DNA of 64,000 nucleotides, from positions 11,864 through 75,863 of the forward strand of contig JBILOY010000007.1 of the NCBI GenBank assembly GCA_044374195.1, given 5' to 3'. This DNA comes from Candidatus Nanopelagicales bacterium (GTDB taxonomy: Bacteria; Actinomycetota; Actinomycetes; S36-B12). A program made the position numbers and the translations under genes. This document shows, one piece after another, positions 9,007-18,341 of this stretch (position 1 is the first letter of the stretch; every line of letters begins with the position of its first letter). The notes below the pieces were generated by a model, which saw only the letters and a list, made by a program, of their open reading frames with translations, did no database searches and had not been told where the DNA came from.

Positions 9007-10316
9007 ACCACGAGGCAGGGAATGTTCGGATGCGTGGGCTCGCTGAGTGCGTCACCCCAGTTCGGTGGCCAGAAGGGGCTGAAGATGATGCGTTCTGACT
9101 TGCCTGGGTCGACCTGGCACGAAGCCTCAACCCGAGCTACCTCCGATGACCAGCTCGGCGCGGGTGTCGCACGGAACCAGCTCGCCGGAATGAGTGGCCA
9201 CCAGATCACGACGATGATCACCGCGATCAAGCCGAGTACCCACGCGCGAGTACGACGAATCCACGGATCCAGCGCCACCAAGAGCGCTGCAGCCCACAGC
9301 AGGCAAGGCACGACGAAGTAGCGATTGTTTGCCCAGCCAATCACGCTCGGTACAAAGCCGTACGCGAGCCCACTCAGCAGGAGGGCCGCGATGCCTACTC
9401 GTCGATCGCCACCACGAATCCACGCCACGAGACCGACAACGGCAATCGCGACAATGACGAGAGATCCAGTGATGTCCACGGGAGTGATCGGGAAGACGTC
9501 GAAGAGAGTGAAGTCACCGATGCTCAGGCCCGGCCAGAAGGTCAGGATCGAGTCAGGCACGGCTGACACCCATGAGGTGAGAGTGTCGGTGCCGACCAGG
9601 ATCTCCCGCGGCTTTGCGGCTCCGGAAGCGGTGGCGGCCTGGGCGATGAGGCCGAGCACGATTGCCCCAGTCCAGATCAGTACCGCCCGCCAGGCGATCA
9701 CTCGACGCAAGGCCTGAACCACAATGATCAGCAGCAGAACTCCCGCGAGCGGGATTGTTAGCGACGTGAGCAGAAGAAGCAGGCCGACAAGAATCAGCAT
9801 CGGCCAGCCGGCGTAGAGCCCGCGAGACGGGAACGCCACGATCAGAGTGGCCAAGTAGAGGAGCAGCATGTAAGTGCTGCCGAGGGCGTTCAGTGCCTCC
9901 AGGCCCACGATCGGGGCAATCACGGGCAGCAGGGCAACCAGCACGCTCACGATGCGTCCTGCCCCGAATCGGCGCATCACGGCAAAGGCTCCGGCTGCGA
10001 CCAGTCCGGCGATAAGGGCGGCCAGGAGGTTGGTGACCAGAGCCCACTGGGCCACCGGGAGGAGGGCGACAAGACCAGCTAGCAAGCGTGGCAGCACCAG
10101 CAGGTATCCGGCGAAGGGGTCAGTCAGACAGGTGAGGAACCCAGCCTTTTCTACACAAAGCGGGAAGACCCCATCCTCAGCCCAGACCACCTCGGTCAGG
10201 GCGGAGTGATTCGCGAGCCATAGACGCCCCAGGGAGATGACAGCGGCTACAAGGCCCACGATCACCACAGCGGTGATGCCGCGTGAGCGGGTGCTCGTCG
10301 AAACTGTCGTGGCCAC
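8991..10316 (-). CDS. polytopic integral membrane protein (GT-C-like candidate)
   Basis: 441-aa ORF that is almost entirely hydrophobic segments. It has a short Trp/Pro-rich soluble tail. Its 3' end overlaps the start of the AT3 gene by 16 nt, which suggests co-translation. Confidence 0.7.
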   Translation of the reverse strand: MATTVSTSTRSRGITAVVIVGLVAAVISLGRLWLANHSALTEVVWAEDGVFPLCVEKAGFLTCLTDPFAGYLLVLPRLLAGLVALLPVAQWALVTNLLAALIAGLVAAGAFAVMRRFGAGRIVSVLVALLPVIAPIVGLEALNALGSTYMLLLYLATLIVAFPSRGLYAGWPMLILVGLLLLLTSLTIPLAGVLLLIIVVQALRRVIAWRAVLIWTGAIVLGLIAQAATASGAAKPREILVGTDTLTSWVSAVPDSILTFWPGLSIGDFTLFDVFPITPVDITGSLVIVAIAVVGLVAWIRGGDRRVGIAALLLSGLAYGFVPSVIGWANNRYFVVPCLLWAAALLVALDPWIRRTRAWVLGLIAVIIVVIWWPLIPASWFRATPAPSWSSEVARVEASCQVDPGKSERIIFSPFWPPNWGDALSEPTHPNIPCLVVWKWK

Positions 10317-10368
10317 GAGGGGACGATATCCGACCTCGTAGACTCAACTACTGTCGATTGGGTGGTGC

Positions 10369-12102
10369 ATGCGTCGCGTCGGAATCGCTGCCGCGTTCGC
10401 GGTAGCTCAGGTGATGTCCCTGGCCGTAGTCCTCGGGCCAGTGGCAGGTCAAGACTGGTTCAACGGCTTCCGCAACTACTTCTCCAATGACCAACTCTCG
10501 TACGCCGCTATCGCCACGAATGTCGCGAGCGGGCATTTGGAACTCGTCGAACCCTTCACTCGCACGGGCAGCCTGTTCTATCCCAGCCTCTGGTATCAAG
10601 TGCTCGGCCTCTTCTCGCGAGCCACCGGAATTCCTGTCTATGCCACCTGGCAGATTCTCGGCTCACTTGTCGTGTGCGTTCTCATCGCATTCCTCGGATG
10701 GATTGCCCTGCGGCTCTCACGACGCGCGTGGGCTCCGATCCTCCCCGCCTGCGCGCTCTTTCTCGGCACGCTGGCGACCTTCACGAGCAACTACTGGTAC
10801 ACCGCTCTCGGAAATCACGCAGTGCTCTGGGGCGCGTTCGGCACCCTCTTTACTCTCAACGCCGAGGTCATCGGTCTCTGCCTCATCACGGCAGCACTTG
10901 CTCTTCTGCTCTGGCGATCGACCAACAGCAATGAGCCGACACGCTCGATCGCGCCATTCATCATTGCTGGCGCGCTCATCGGCATCACCGGCAATGTGCA
11001 GACCTATTCCTTTTTCACAGGCCTCACATTCGCAGCCGCCTTGGCAGCCATCACTGGTCTCAGGCAGAGTCGTAGCAAGTCTCGAATTCTCATCACGATG
11101 GCCGTACTGCTCCTCGCCCTTCTCAGCGGCAACGCAATCTCTGATCTGCTCGGCCACATTCCGATCTACGCATTCGTGATCCTGGCCGCAGCACCGGGCG
11201 CGCTGGTAGTCGCCCGTCGACACAGGAAGGCAACACATGCCTTCCTGATCCCGCTCGCTGTTTTGGCATCACCACAGCTGATCAGAACCGCCATGGGCCT
11301 GCTTACTAAGGACGACTTCCTCACCTACCGCCAGGCATCAACGCAAAATCTCGGCGTACCGATCACTAGCGGGCTCATTGCAGCGCTTCCGGTGGTTCTT
11401 CTGATCATCACCTGCTTGATCGGTCTCCGCGGTGCCAAGCGCACCGCCATGACCTCACTCCTGCTCGCCGGCGCAGCAAGCTGGGTGATCCTCTGCACGA
11501 ACGATCGTTGGGGTTTCAGCCAGGAGCCCTACCGCTTCTGGCTCGAAGGATTCATTGTCAACGGCCTGCTTGCTGCCACGCTGCTACCCGCAGCGATCAG
11601 CACGTATCGCGAACGCAGCAAGCGAACGCCCTTATTCCCCGTGATCGCGGCGATCACTCTCGTCGTCGCTCTGGCATCGGCCCTCGACGTGCCCGGCTGG
11701 TGGCGCTTCGCCCACGATCAAGGGGTTCTCGATACGACCACATCACGAATGATGGCCATCGCCGAGATCACTGAAGGTCGTGAAGGCCTCATCGCTGCGG
11801 CACCATGCATAGATCCGCGGGCACTCAAGCTGGTGACTGATGCGCCAGTGGCTCATTACAACGCTGGGCTCGCTTGGCCCGAGAATCCTGATTCGATCAA
11901 GATCATGCTCGACCCTGCGCGTAGAAACGTCGGAGACCCCGTGGCACTACGCGCAGCAGGTGCGCAATTCGTAGTGGCTGATTCGGCTTGCGCAGATCAG
12001 TGGGTCTTCGCCCCTCAGGATCGAATAACTCAGATCAACGAGATTTCGTACCAGCAGGAGGGGCAGCAGGCGAGTATCACGCTGCTGCAGATACTTCCTT
12101 AG
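10369..12102 (+). CDS. polytopic integral membrane protein with C-terminal soluble domain (GT-C-like candidate)
   Basis: 577-aa ORF with more than 10 hydrophobic segments and a hydrophilic tail of about 150 aa. Family not recognised. Confidence 0.7.
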   Translation: MRRVGIAAAFAVAQVMSLAVVLGPVAGQDWFNGFRNYFSNDQLSYAAIATNVASGHLELVEPFTRTGSLFYPSLWYQVLGLFSRATGIPVYATWQILGSLVVCVLIAFLGWIALRLSRRAWAPILPACALFLGTLATFTSNYWYTALGNHAVLWGAFGTLFTLNAEVIGLCLITAALALLLWRSTNSNEPTRSIAPFIIAGALIGITGNVQTYSFFTGLTFAAALAAITGLRQSRSKSRILITMAVLLLALLSGNAISDLLGHIPIYAFVILAAAPGALVVARRHRKATHAFLIPLAVLASPQLIRTAMGLLTKDDFLTYRQASTQNLGVPITSGLIAALPVVLLIITCLIGLRGAKRTAMTSLLLAGAASWVILCTNDRWGFSQEPYRFWLEGFIVNGLLAATLLPAAISTYRERSKRTPLFPVIAAITLVVALASALDVPGWWRFAHDQGVLDTTTSRMMAIAEITEGREGLIAAAPCIDPRALKLVTDAPVAHYNAGLAWPENPDSIKIMLDPARRNVGDPVALRAAGAQFVVADSACADQWVFAPQDRITQINEISYQQEGQQASITLLQILP

Positions 12103-13504
12103 TCGAACGCAGCGCTGTTCGCGAGATGCGGATGATCTGAGTTCCGCCGGCGCCGAGAGCAAATGACGCCGCGATGATTCCGGCCATGGTGGCAAGCAAC
12201 GTATTCCAAACCACGATAGAAGAGATCGCGATCATCGCAAGCGCGGCAACAGAGCTGAACATCATCGCTCGTGAGCGCGCAGAGGCCAGAGAGACCAGTG
12301 GAACGCAGAGCAGCAAGAACGCGGCCTTGTAGCCCCAGCCGAAGCCCGCGTAGAGAACTGCAGCAAGGAAGACGGCGCTACCTCCGACAGCGAGCATCGA
12401 GTGATGCATGCGCGGCTTGCGCAGCGAGAGGGCGAAGCCGATGCCCCAGGCGAAGGCCGCAAGAGCAACCAGGCCAACCAGCACGTCGCCGAGCTGAATG
12501 CCCGGTGCTCCCACCTGGGTCCCGATCATTCGTGCTACGACAGGCACACGGCCGAGCACGACAGTGTCGCCGAGATTGATCATGTTCGAGTTCGACTCCG
12601 AGCTGAATCGGAGGTTGCTCCAGGTGGCAAGCATGTATGCGCCGGTCGCCAACGCAAAAACCACCAGCACTGTCCAGCCACGGCGCAAGCGCAAGGCCGG
12701 CAGAAGCATGAGCCCGAGTGCAAATGGGTAGTACTTCCAAGTGCCAACAATCCAGATGAGACCGGCGGCGATGAACCACGCCCAGAGTTGATCCCAACGG
12801 CGAACGAGAATCACCGACGCCACTGCAGCCCAGATGACAATCGCGTCGATGTTGCCACGCTCAAGCAACAGCAGCCACGGTGCACCGAGTGCCGCAGCGA
12901 GGAGTACGAAGCGACCCAGTCCGACCGTGAACCGCGCCAACCACACGAGCGCGAGTGACGACACGATCATCACTACGACACCGAGAGCTTCGACGTTCGC
13001 GAAAGAAAGAAGAGATGCCGGAACCCGATTGAGCCAGAGCATGCCCGGCCCATAGATCGCCGCATCTGTCAGGCAGCCGTTGTTCGCGACAAAAACGTCG
13101 AAGCCCCACTTGTCGCAATCCAGGCTTTGCAGCACCAGGCCGAGATCCCAGAAGCGCACCTGGCCCTGCGGCACATGCGTGCCGATGTAGACCCACGAGG
13201 CGAATGAGGTGCTGCCCAGGGCCAACGCGAGCCATGGCCCGATCGAGAGCACCAGCGAGACAACCCCGATCACCCACGGAAGGGCGCGTGAAGTGCCAAC
13301 CGATAGGGAGCGAAGCAGCGAAGGGATTCCAAAGGCCGCAATGAACACGGCGAGCGCAGTGGTTGCTGCCGGTACGTAGTACTGAGCCGAGGTATTCGCG
13401 GGGTCCGATGCGGTGCGCAGTACCTGCACGAGAACGGCAAGGAGGAGCACCATCGTCGCCGACGCGCCCACGATCAGCACCCGTGTCGCGTTCTCTCGCC
13501 TCAC
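12077..13504 (-). CDS. polytopic integral membrane protein (polymerase/ligase or GT-C-like candidate)
   Basis: 475-aa ORF with a GTG start. It is hydrophobic throughout, with one larger Cys-containing loop (LQSLDCDKWGFDVFVANNGCLTDAAIYGPGMLW). Its 3' end overlaps the convergent gene by 26 nt. Confidence 0.7.
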   Translation of the reverse strand: MRRENATRVLIVGASATMVLLLAVLVQVLRTASDPANTSAQYYVPAATTALAVFIAAFGIPSLLRSLSVGTSRALPWVIGVVSLVLSIGPWLALALGSTSFASWVYIGTHVPQGQVRFWDLGLVLQSLDCDKWGFDVFVANNGCLTDAAIYGPGMLWLNRVPASLLSFANVEALGVVVMIVSSLALVWLARFTVGLGRFVLLAAALGAPWLLLLERGNIDAIVIWAAVASVILVRRWDQLWAWFIAAGLIWIVGTWKYYPFALGLMLLPALRLRRGWTVLVVFALATGAYMLATWSNLRFSSESNSNMINLGDTVVLGRVPVVARMIGTQVGAPGIQLGDVLVGLVALAAFAWGIGFALSLRKPRMHHSMLAVGGSAVFLAAVLYAGFGWGYKAAFLLLCVPLVSLASARSRAMMFSSVAALAMIAISSIVVWNTLLATMAGIIAASFALGAGGTQIIRISRTALRSTKEVSAAA

Positions 13505-13509
13505 ACGCG

Positions 13510-13515
13510 GATACT
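13510..13515 (+). promoter_or_regulatory. -10-like hexamer GATACT 7 nt upstream of GTG 13523 (possible leaderless transcript)
   Basis: Only 18 nt separate the divergent starts at 13504 and 13523, and no SD is visible. GATACT matches TATAAT at 4 of 6 positions, at a spacing typical for transcription starting at the start codon. Confidence 0.2.
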
Positions 13516-13522
13516 AGCCGTC

Positions 13523-14359
13523 GTGAGCACTCTGGTTTCGGTCGTCGTGCCGGTCTTCAATGGAATGCCCCATTTGAAGGACCTCACCGAATCGATCCTC
13601 AGCCAGACCCACACGAACCTCGACATCGTCTTCAGCGAGGGCGGGTCGACCGATGACTCCCCCGAATTCCTAGCGAGCATCACCGACCCTCGAGTGCGCA
13701 TCATCCGTCAGGAGGGCAGCGGGGCCGCCGGGAACTGGACCCAGGCCACCGAGGCTGCTCACGCTGAGGTGATCAAGCTCGTCTGCCAAGACGACCTTCT
13801 GAAGCCCGACGCCATCGCCAAGCAACTGGCTGACCTCGTGAGCAATCCTCACGCTGTCATGGCCATCGCCCAGCGCGACATCGTTGATGCGAAGGGCGAT
13901 GTGCTCTACCCCAGCCGAGGTTGCGCAGGCCTACAACCTGGTGTGACCGCCGGCCCCGATGTCATCAAGACCTGTTACCTCCAGGGCACCAACGTGCTGG
14001 GCGAGCCGGTCTCGGTGCTTTTTCGCGCCGAGCCCCTCAAGGCCTCCATGCCCTGGGTCGACTCGAATCCCTTGGTGCTCGATCTCGACATGTACGCGAA
14101 GGTCGCAAAGAGTGGCGACATCGTGGTGCGCAAGGAGTCGGTCGGGGCCTTCCGGGTGAGCACGAGTTCCTGGTCAACCCGTCTCGTCAAGCAGCAGGTC
14201 GACCAGTTCCGCCGCTGGCAGCAGGAGTACGCCGCGATGAACCATCCGACCAAGGCTGAGCAGCGCCGGGCCACCCTCGGCCTGCACGCCCAGGCCACCT
14301 TGCGCCGAGCCGCCTATCGCTGGCTCAGCCTCAAGGGGTCGTTTAGCTCCTCGGTCTAG
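13523..14359 (+). CDS. GT2 family glycosyltransferase
   Basis: 278 aa. The N-terminus VSVVVPVFNGMPHLKDLTESILSQTHTNLDIVFSEGGSTDDS is a canonical GT2 opening. A QDD acidic motif follows. Confidence 0.8.
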   Translation: MSTLVSVVVPVFNGMPHLKDLTESILSQTHTNLDIVFSEGGSTDDSPEFLASITDPRVRIIRQEGSGAAGNWTQATEAAHAEVIKLVCQDDLLKPDAIAKQLADLVSNPHAVMAIAQRDIVDAKGDVLYPSRGCAGLQPGVTAGPDVIKTCYLQGTNVLGEPVSVLFRAEPLKASMPWVDSNPLVLDLDMYAKVAKSGDIVVRKESVGAFRVSTSSWSTRLVKQQVDQFRRWQQEYAAMNHPTKAEQRRATLGLHAQATLRRAAYRWLSLKGSFSSSV

Positions 14360-14368
14360 TATTCGAGC

Positions 14369-15373
14369 GTGGCCACCGAGGGAGCACCGCTCAGCATCAG
14401 CGTCGTGATCCCCGTCTATCGAGGCGAAGACACCCTCCCGGCCCTCATCGGCGAACTCCAGGCACTCACGACCACTCAGCGGACCCCGCAGGGTCGCGAG
14501 TTCCGCGTGGGCGAGGTGCTGTTGGTGTGGGATCGCGGCCCCGGTCGCAGCGATCAGGTCATTCGAAAGCTTGCCCGTGAGCACGACTGGGTGCGCCCGG
14601 TCTGGCTGAGCCGCAACTTCGGCCAACACGCGGCCACCTTGGCCGGCATGACCTCAAGCGGTGGCGACTGGATCGTCACGATGGACGAGGACGGCCAGCA
14701 GGATCCCGCCTTCATTGGCGACATGCTTGATCGTGCCTACGACGATCACGCTCAACTCGTTTACGCGACTCCACTCAATCCCCCGCCGCATAGTGCCCTG
14801 CGCAATGCCGGTTCAAAGATGGCGAAGCGGATCTTCGTAAAGTTCCTGGCTGATCAGGAGTTCGCGGAGTTCAACAGTTACCGTCTCGTGCTCGGCGAAG
14901 TCGGCCGCAGTGTTGCTGCCTATACGGGCACTGGTGTCTACCTCGATGTCGCTTTGAGTTGGGTCGTTGCTGACGTCACCACGTTCCCGGTCACGGTGCG
15001 TAATGAGGGTCGCCCTGCCGGGAACTACAGCTACAAGCGCCTTGCCTCCCATTTCGGGCGCCTGGTTCTTTCCTCTGGCACCAAGCCGCTGTTCCTGGTT
15101 TCACTGCTCGGCATCATCTTCGTGATCCTCGGCGGCCTCGCCTCAATCTGGGTGCTTTACCAGCGCTGGACGGGCGATGTTCCTGTCACGGGTTGGGCAA
15201 GTATCTTCGTCGCTCTCATGATCGTGGGTGGCGCGATTCTGCTGAGCCTTGGTGTTATCGCCCAATACATCGGCGCCGCGACCAACATGTCGATGGGCAA
15301 GCCGCTCTATGTCGTGGTGCGCGATCCCGCGGGCACCTTCGGTAATAACTCGGACGAGAATCCCAAGCCTTGA
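14369..15373 (+). CDS. GT2 polyprenyl-phosphate sugar transferase (GtrB/ArnC/DPM1-like, with C-terminal TM helices)
   Basis: 334 aa. Motifs seen: ISVVIPVYRGEDTL, SRNFGQHAATLAGM and VTMDEDGQQDP. Two C-terminal TM helices (LFLVSLLGIIFVILGG, FVALMIVGGAILLSLGVIAQY) are typical of Und-P-sugar synthases. Confidence 0.8.
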   Translation: MATEGAPLSISVVIPVYRGEDTLPALIGELQALTTTQRTPQGREFRVGEVLLVWDRGPGRSDQVIRKLAREHDWVRPVWLSRNFGQHAATLAGMTSSGGDWIVTMDEDGQQDPAFIGDMLDRAYDDHAQLVYATPLNPPPHSALRNAGSKMAKRIFVKFLADQEFAEFNSYRLVLGEVGRSVAAYTGTGVYLDVALSWVVADVTTFPVTVRNEGRPAGNYSYKRLASHFGRLVLSSGTKPLFLVSLLGIIFVILGGLASIWVLYQRWTGDVPVTGWASIFVALMIVGGAILLSLGVIAQYIGAATNMSMGKPLYVVVRDPAGTFGNNSDENPKP

Positions 15374-16287
15374 TCATCTGGACCATCGGTGCCGGTGGCC
15401 TTCTCGGCAGTGCGATTCAGCGCCACGTCAAGCACTCCTTCAATCCCAGCAGCATTCCGTGGCTCGATGAACAGCAGAGCATGCAATTGCTCGCCAACAA
15501 CTACAGCGAGTTCAAAGACTCAGTAGGCACCAACGACTGGGCAATCATCTGGGCCGCAGGCGCAGCTACCGTCTCGGCTTCAACAGAATCCGCCGAGCAG
15601 GAACTTCGTGTTCTCGAATCACTGCTGAACGAGATCGCAGCGAAGCCGCCCGCAGGCAAGGGCGTCTTCTTCCTCTCTTCCTCTGCCGGAGGCGTTTACG
15701 CAGGCTCGAGCAACCCGCCTTTCGATATCTTGACCACGCCGATCTCACTCAGCCCTTATGGCGAGTTCAAGCTCAAGCAAGAGATGGTGACCAAAGAGAT
15801 TCTCGGGAACACCTGCGCTGTCGTCATCGGCCGCTTCAGCAACCTCTACGGCCCCGGCCAGAATCTCGACAAGTTGCAAGGTCTCATCTCACGACTCGCG
15901 CTCGCCGCAGCGACCCGGCAGCCGATCAACATCTTCGTCTCACTCGACACCATCCGTGACTACATCTACGTCGATGATGCAGCACGCATCGCCCTGCAGT
16001 GGATAGAACAAGCAGTCACTGAACCCATGATCACGAGTACCGCGGTCATCGCGTCTGGTGAGCCCACTGTTCTCGGCCAGTTGATTCGGCTCGTGCAGGA
16101 CGTTTCGCGCACAAAGGTTCCAGTGGCTCTCGGCACCCACTCCAGCTCGGCCGCGCAGGTCTCTGACCTCAGACTTGTTCCGACACCGACCAGGGAATCA
16201 GAGCTGACGCGCATGTCATTACCCGCAGGGGTAAAGATGGTCTATCAGGACATCCTGACCAGAGCGCAGTTTTCCGCTCACTCCTGA
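15370..16287 (+). CDS. NAD-dependent epimerase/dehydratase family SDR
   Basis: 305 aa. The TTG start overlaps the upstream stop. A GAGGLLG Rossmann motif and the YGEFK (YxxxK) catalytic motif are present. Confidence 0.7.
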   Translation: MIIWTIGAGGLLGSAIQRHVKHSFNPSSIPWLDEQQSMQLLANNYSEFKDSVGTNDWAIIWAAGAATVSASTESAEQELRVLESLLNEIAAKPPAGKGVFFLSSSAGGVYAGSSNPPFDILTTPISLSPYGEFKLKQEMVTKEILGNTCAVVIGRFSNLYGPGQNLDKLQGLISRLALAAATRQPINIFVSLDTIRDYIYVDDAARIALQWIEQAVTEPMITSTAVIASGEPTVLGQLIRLVQDVSRTKVPVALGTHSSSAAQVSDLRLVPTPTRESELTRMSLPAGVKMVYQDILTRAQFSAHS

Positions 16288-16301
16288 ACGTAAGTAGCGA
16301 A

Positions 16302-18341
16302 CTAAGGCGCAGGGGTGATGCCGGCCGATGCCGGATAGCGCTCCAACAGATAACGCACCGTATCGAGCCCGATCACATTGCTTCCGTCATCAAGGATGAT
16401 CATCTGCTTGTCCTTGACAGCATCAGGCATTGCATCCAAGTATCCGTAGACATCCGACCACGCACCCTTGTTGCCCAGCCATTCGCGGCGCAACCAGTCG
16501 ACCAGCGGCTGTGCCTGCGCATCCTGACCTGACAAGCCGGCAAGGATTCGGGTGCACGAATACACGCGCTGTGCATCCGAGAGTTGTGAGACCAGTAGCG
16601 CTGACGGCACCTTCGCACCCTGCGGGAGATACACGCAGCCCACTGGGTTCCCGGCGATGCTCTGGTTGCCCGTGCCATTGACGTCGGCAGGCCACCAGTA
16701 GCTCTTCGGATTATCGAAGGGGATTGCCGGCGACCACTGTTGCGGGCGAGCTGCTGCGAGCGAGCGCGGCAAGAGGCTGTCGATCACCATCAAGTAGACA
16801 ATCGCTGCGACTGCGATCCACCGCACCGGCGTCATGCGCGAGCCGCCCTTGCGATCGATCAGCATCAGGCCGAAAGGCACGCATGCAACAAGCGCAACGA
16901 TGGTGGCCATGAAGGTGAACTTCATTGAGCCGTAGTGCGGGCCACTTCCCGTTGACCAGAAGTCGAGCGCGTAAATCGCCAGAGCGAAGGCGGCCAGCAG
17001 GGCGATCGGCGCGAAGCGCTGGCAAATGGCAGAGGGGCGTGAAGTCGTCTGGCGAGCCAGGTAGACCACCGCAGCGACTACTGCAGCCGCGGCAAGAATC
17101 GCCAGAATCGGTTGAGTCTGCTCGGTGCCACCGTTGCTGCTAAAGAGTCCGGACTGGTCGAGGCTCGCGCGAATGAACGTTCGAATTGGCGACGACGCGC
17201 TCACCAGGCCGCCACCGGAGCCGGCGACGCCATCTGCCGAGGTAGCCGGAGTGAGGAAGTACGTGAGTGAGCTCTTGATCGGCTGCCAGAGGCAGACAGC
17301 GAACAACAGCCAGAGCAGCAGGCCCACAACATCGAGTTCACTGCGACCGAGTCGAAGCGGGCGTGAAACGAGAATGACCAGCCAGCCGACCAGGATCACC
17401 ACCGCGAGCACATTCAGCGGCAGCCAAACGGTCATAGCGGCAGCGATGACCAGCGAGGTAAGCAGTCGGGCCCGACGGATCGGAACCTGCGACAGGAACG
17501 TGACTGCCCACAGTGAGCAGATCAGCAGCACGAACTGCAGAGTCATATGCCCATAGGCAGTAACCAGCAAAACCGTGGAGGCGAGTATCAGCGTCGAGAG
17601 CCAGATAAACGGCAGCGGCAGGCGGCGGGTGAACTGTCCCGAGCGAGCGCGCAGTCGAGCATCGGCGAGCGGCGCAAGGAACAGCGGCGCCAGGACGACG
17701 AGCAGGAATTCTCCGAAGACGACGGAGTTCGCCGCAACCGCCACCTCGTTGTATCCGTGCAGGAAGATCTGCGAGATCACACCCATCGCCGTTGCGACAA
17801 AAGTCAGGTAGAGGGCAAGCGGCCCTCCCATGGGCACGCCCTGCACGATGCCCTGCCCAGTGGCGAGCTGTGACGTGAAGTCGAGCCACTTCGCATTGTC
17901 CTCAGCGACCGAGTGCCCCATCAGGAAGCTGACCGGGTGGAGGAAGGCCGGCTCGGTAGTCCAGAACGTGGTGATGATGAAGAAGACGACGAGCAAGATC
18001 GCGACCGGGATCAGGATCGCGTAGAGCTGGCGCTTGAGACTTGAGAGCCTCAGTCGACCACGGCGCAATGCCGCCAGAAGAACGGCCACCAGGGCCAGCA
18101 GCAGCATCATCTGCAGCTCGACCCTGGTCCAGCTATGCCCCAGGTCATCACCGAGGGAAACCAGCACTCCGAAAGCCGAGACAGAGAAGGCCAGCGCGAT
18201 GGCCAGCCAGCTGATGCTCCGAACCCGGGCGTAGGAGACTGCCACGAGAGCCAGGTAGGCGATCAGGAAAGCAATATCCACGCTGAGAGCCCTTCGGACC
18301 ATTCGGAGTACCGTAGGCGGGTGCCACCTCGGATTCTCCAT
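16302..18341 (-). CDS. large polytopic integral membrane protein with C-terminal soluble domain (GT-C-like candidate)
   Basis: 679 aa with more than 12 hydrophobic segments and a hydrophilic tail of about 170 aa. AGGTG lies 5 nt upstream of ATG 18341. An alternative start is ATG 18302. Confidence 0.7.
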   Translation of the reverse strand: MENPRWHPPTVLRMVRRALSVDIAFLIAYLALVAVSYARVRSISWLAIALAFSVSAFGVLVSLGDDLGHSWTRVELQMMLLLALVAVLLAALRRGRLRLSSLKRQLYAILIPVAILLVVFFIITTFWTTEPAFLHPVSFLMGHSVAEDNAKWLDFTSQLATGQGIVQGVPMGGPLALYLTFVATAMGVISQIFLHGYNEVAVAANSVVFGEFLLVVLAPLFLAPLADARLRARSGQFTRRLPLPFIWLSTLILASTVLLVTAYGHMTLQFVLLICSLWAVTFLSQVPIRRARLLTSLVIAAAMTVWLPLNVLAVVILVGWLVILVSRPLRLGRSELDVVGLLLWLLFAVCLWQPIKSSLTYFLTPATSADGVAGSGGGLVSASSPIRTFIRASLDQSGLFSSNGGTEQTQPILAILAAAAVVAAVVYLARQTTSRPSAICQRFAPIALLAAFALAIYALDFWSTGSGPHYGSMKFTFMATIVALVACVPFGLMLIDRKGGSRMTPVRWIAVAAIVYLMVIDSLLPRSLAAARPQQWSPAIPFDNPKSYWWPADVNGTGNQSIAGNPVGCVYLPQGAKVPSALLVSQLSDAQRVYSCTRILAGLSGQDAQAQPLVDWLRREWLGNKGAWSDVYGYLDAMPDAVKDKQMIILDDGSNVIGLDTVRYLLERYPASAGITPAP

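Noticed and set aside
18135-18320. N-terminal extensions offered by the ORF track (this one, plus 22551..23474 beyond 23297, 32120..33631 beyond 33367, 46445, 51661, 56976, 38122, 2039)
   Set aside because: The extensions are hydrophilic and low-complexity, overlap neighbouring genes and precede the conserved family openings. Internal starts give ATGA-type coupling or better SD sites. The exact starts remain uncertain.
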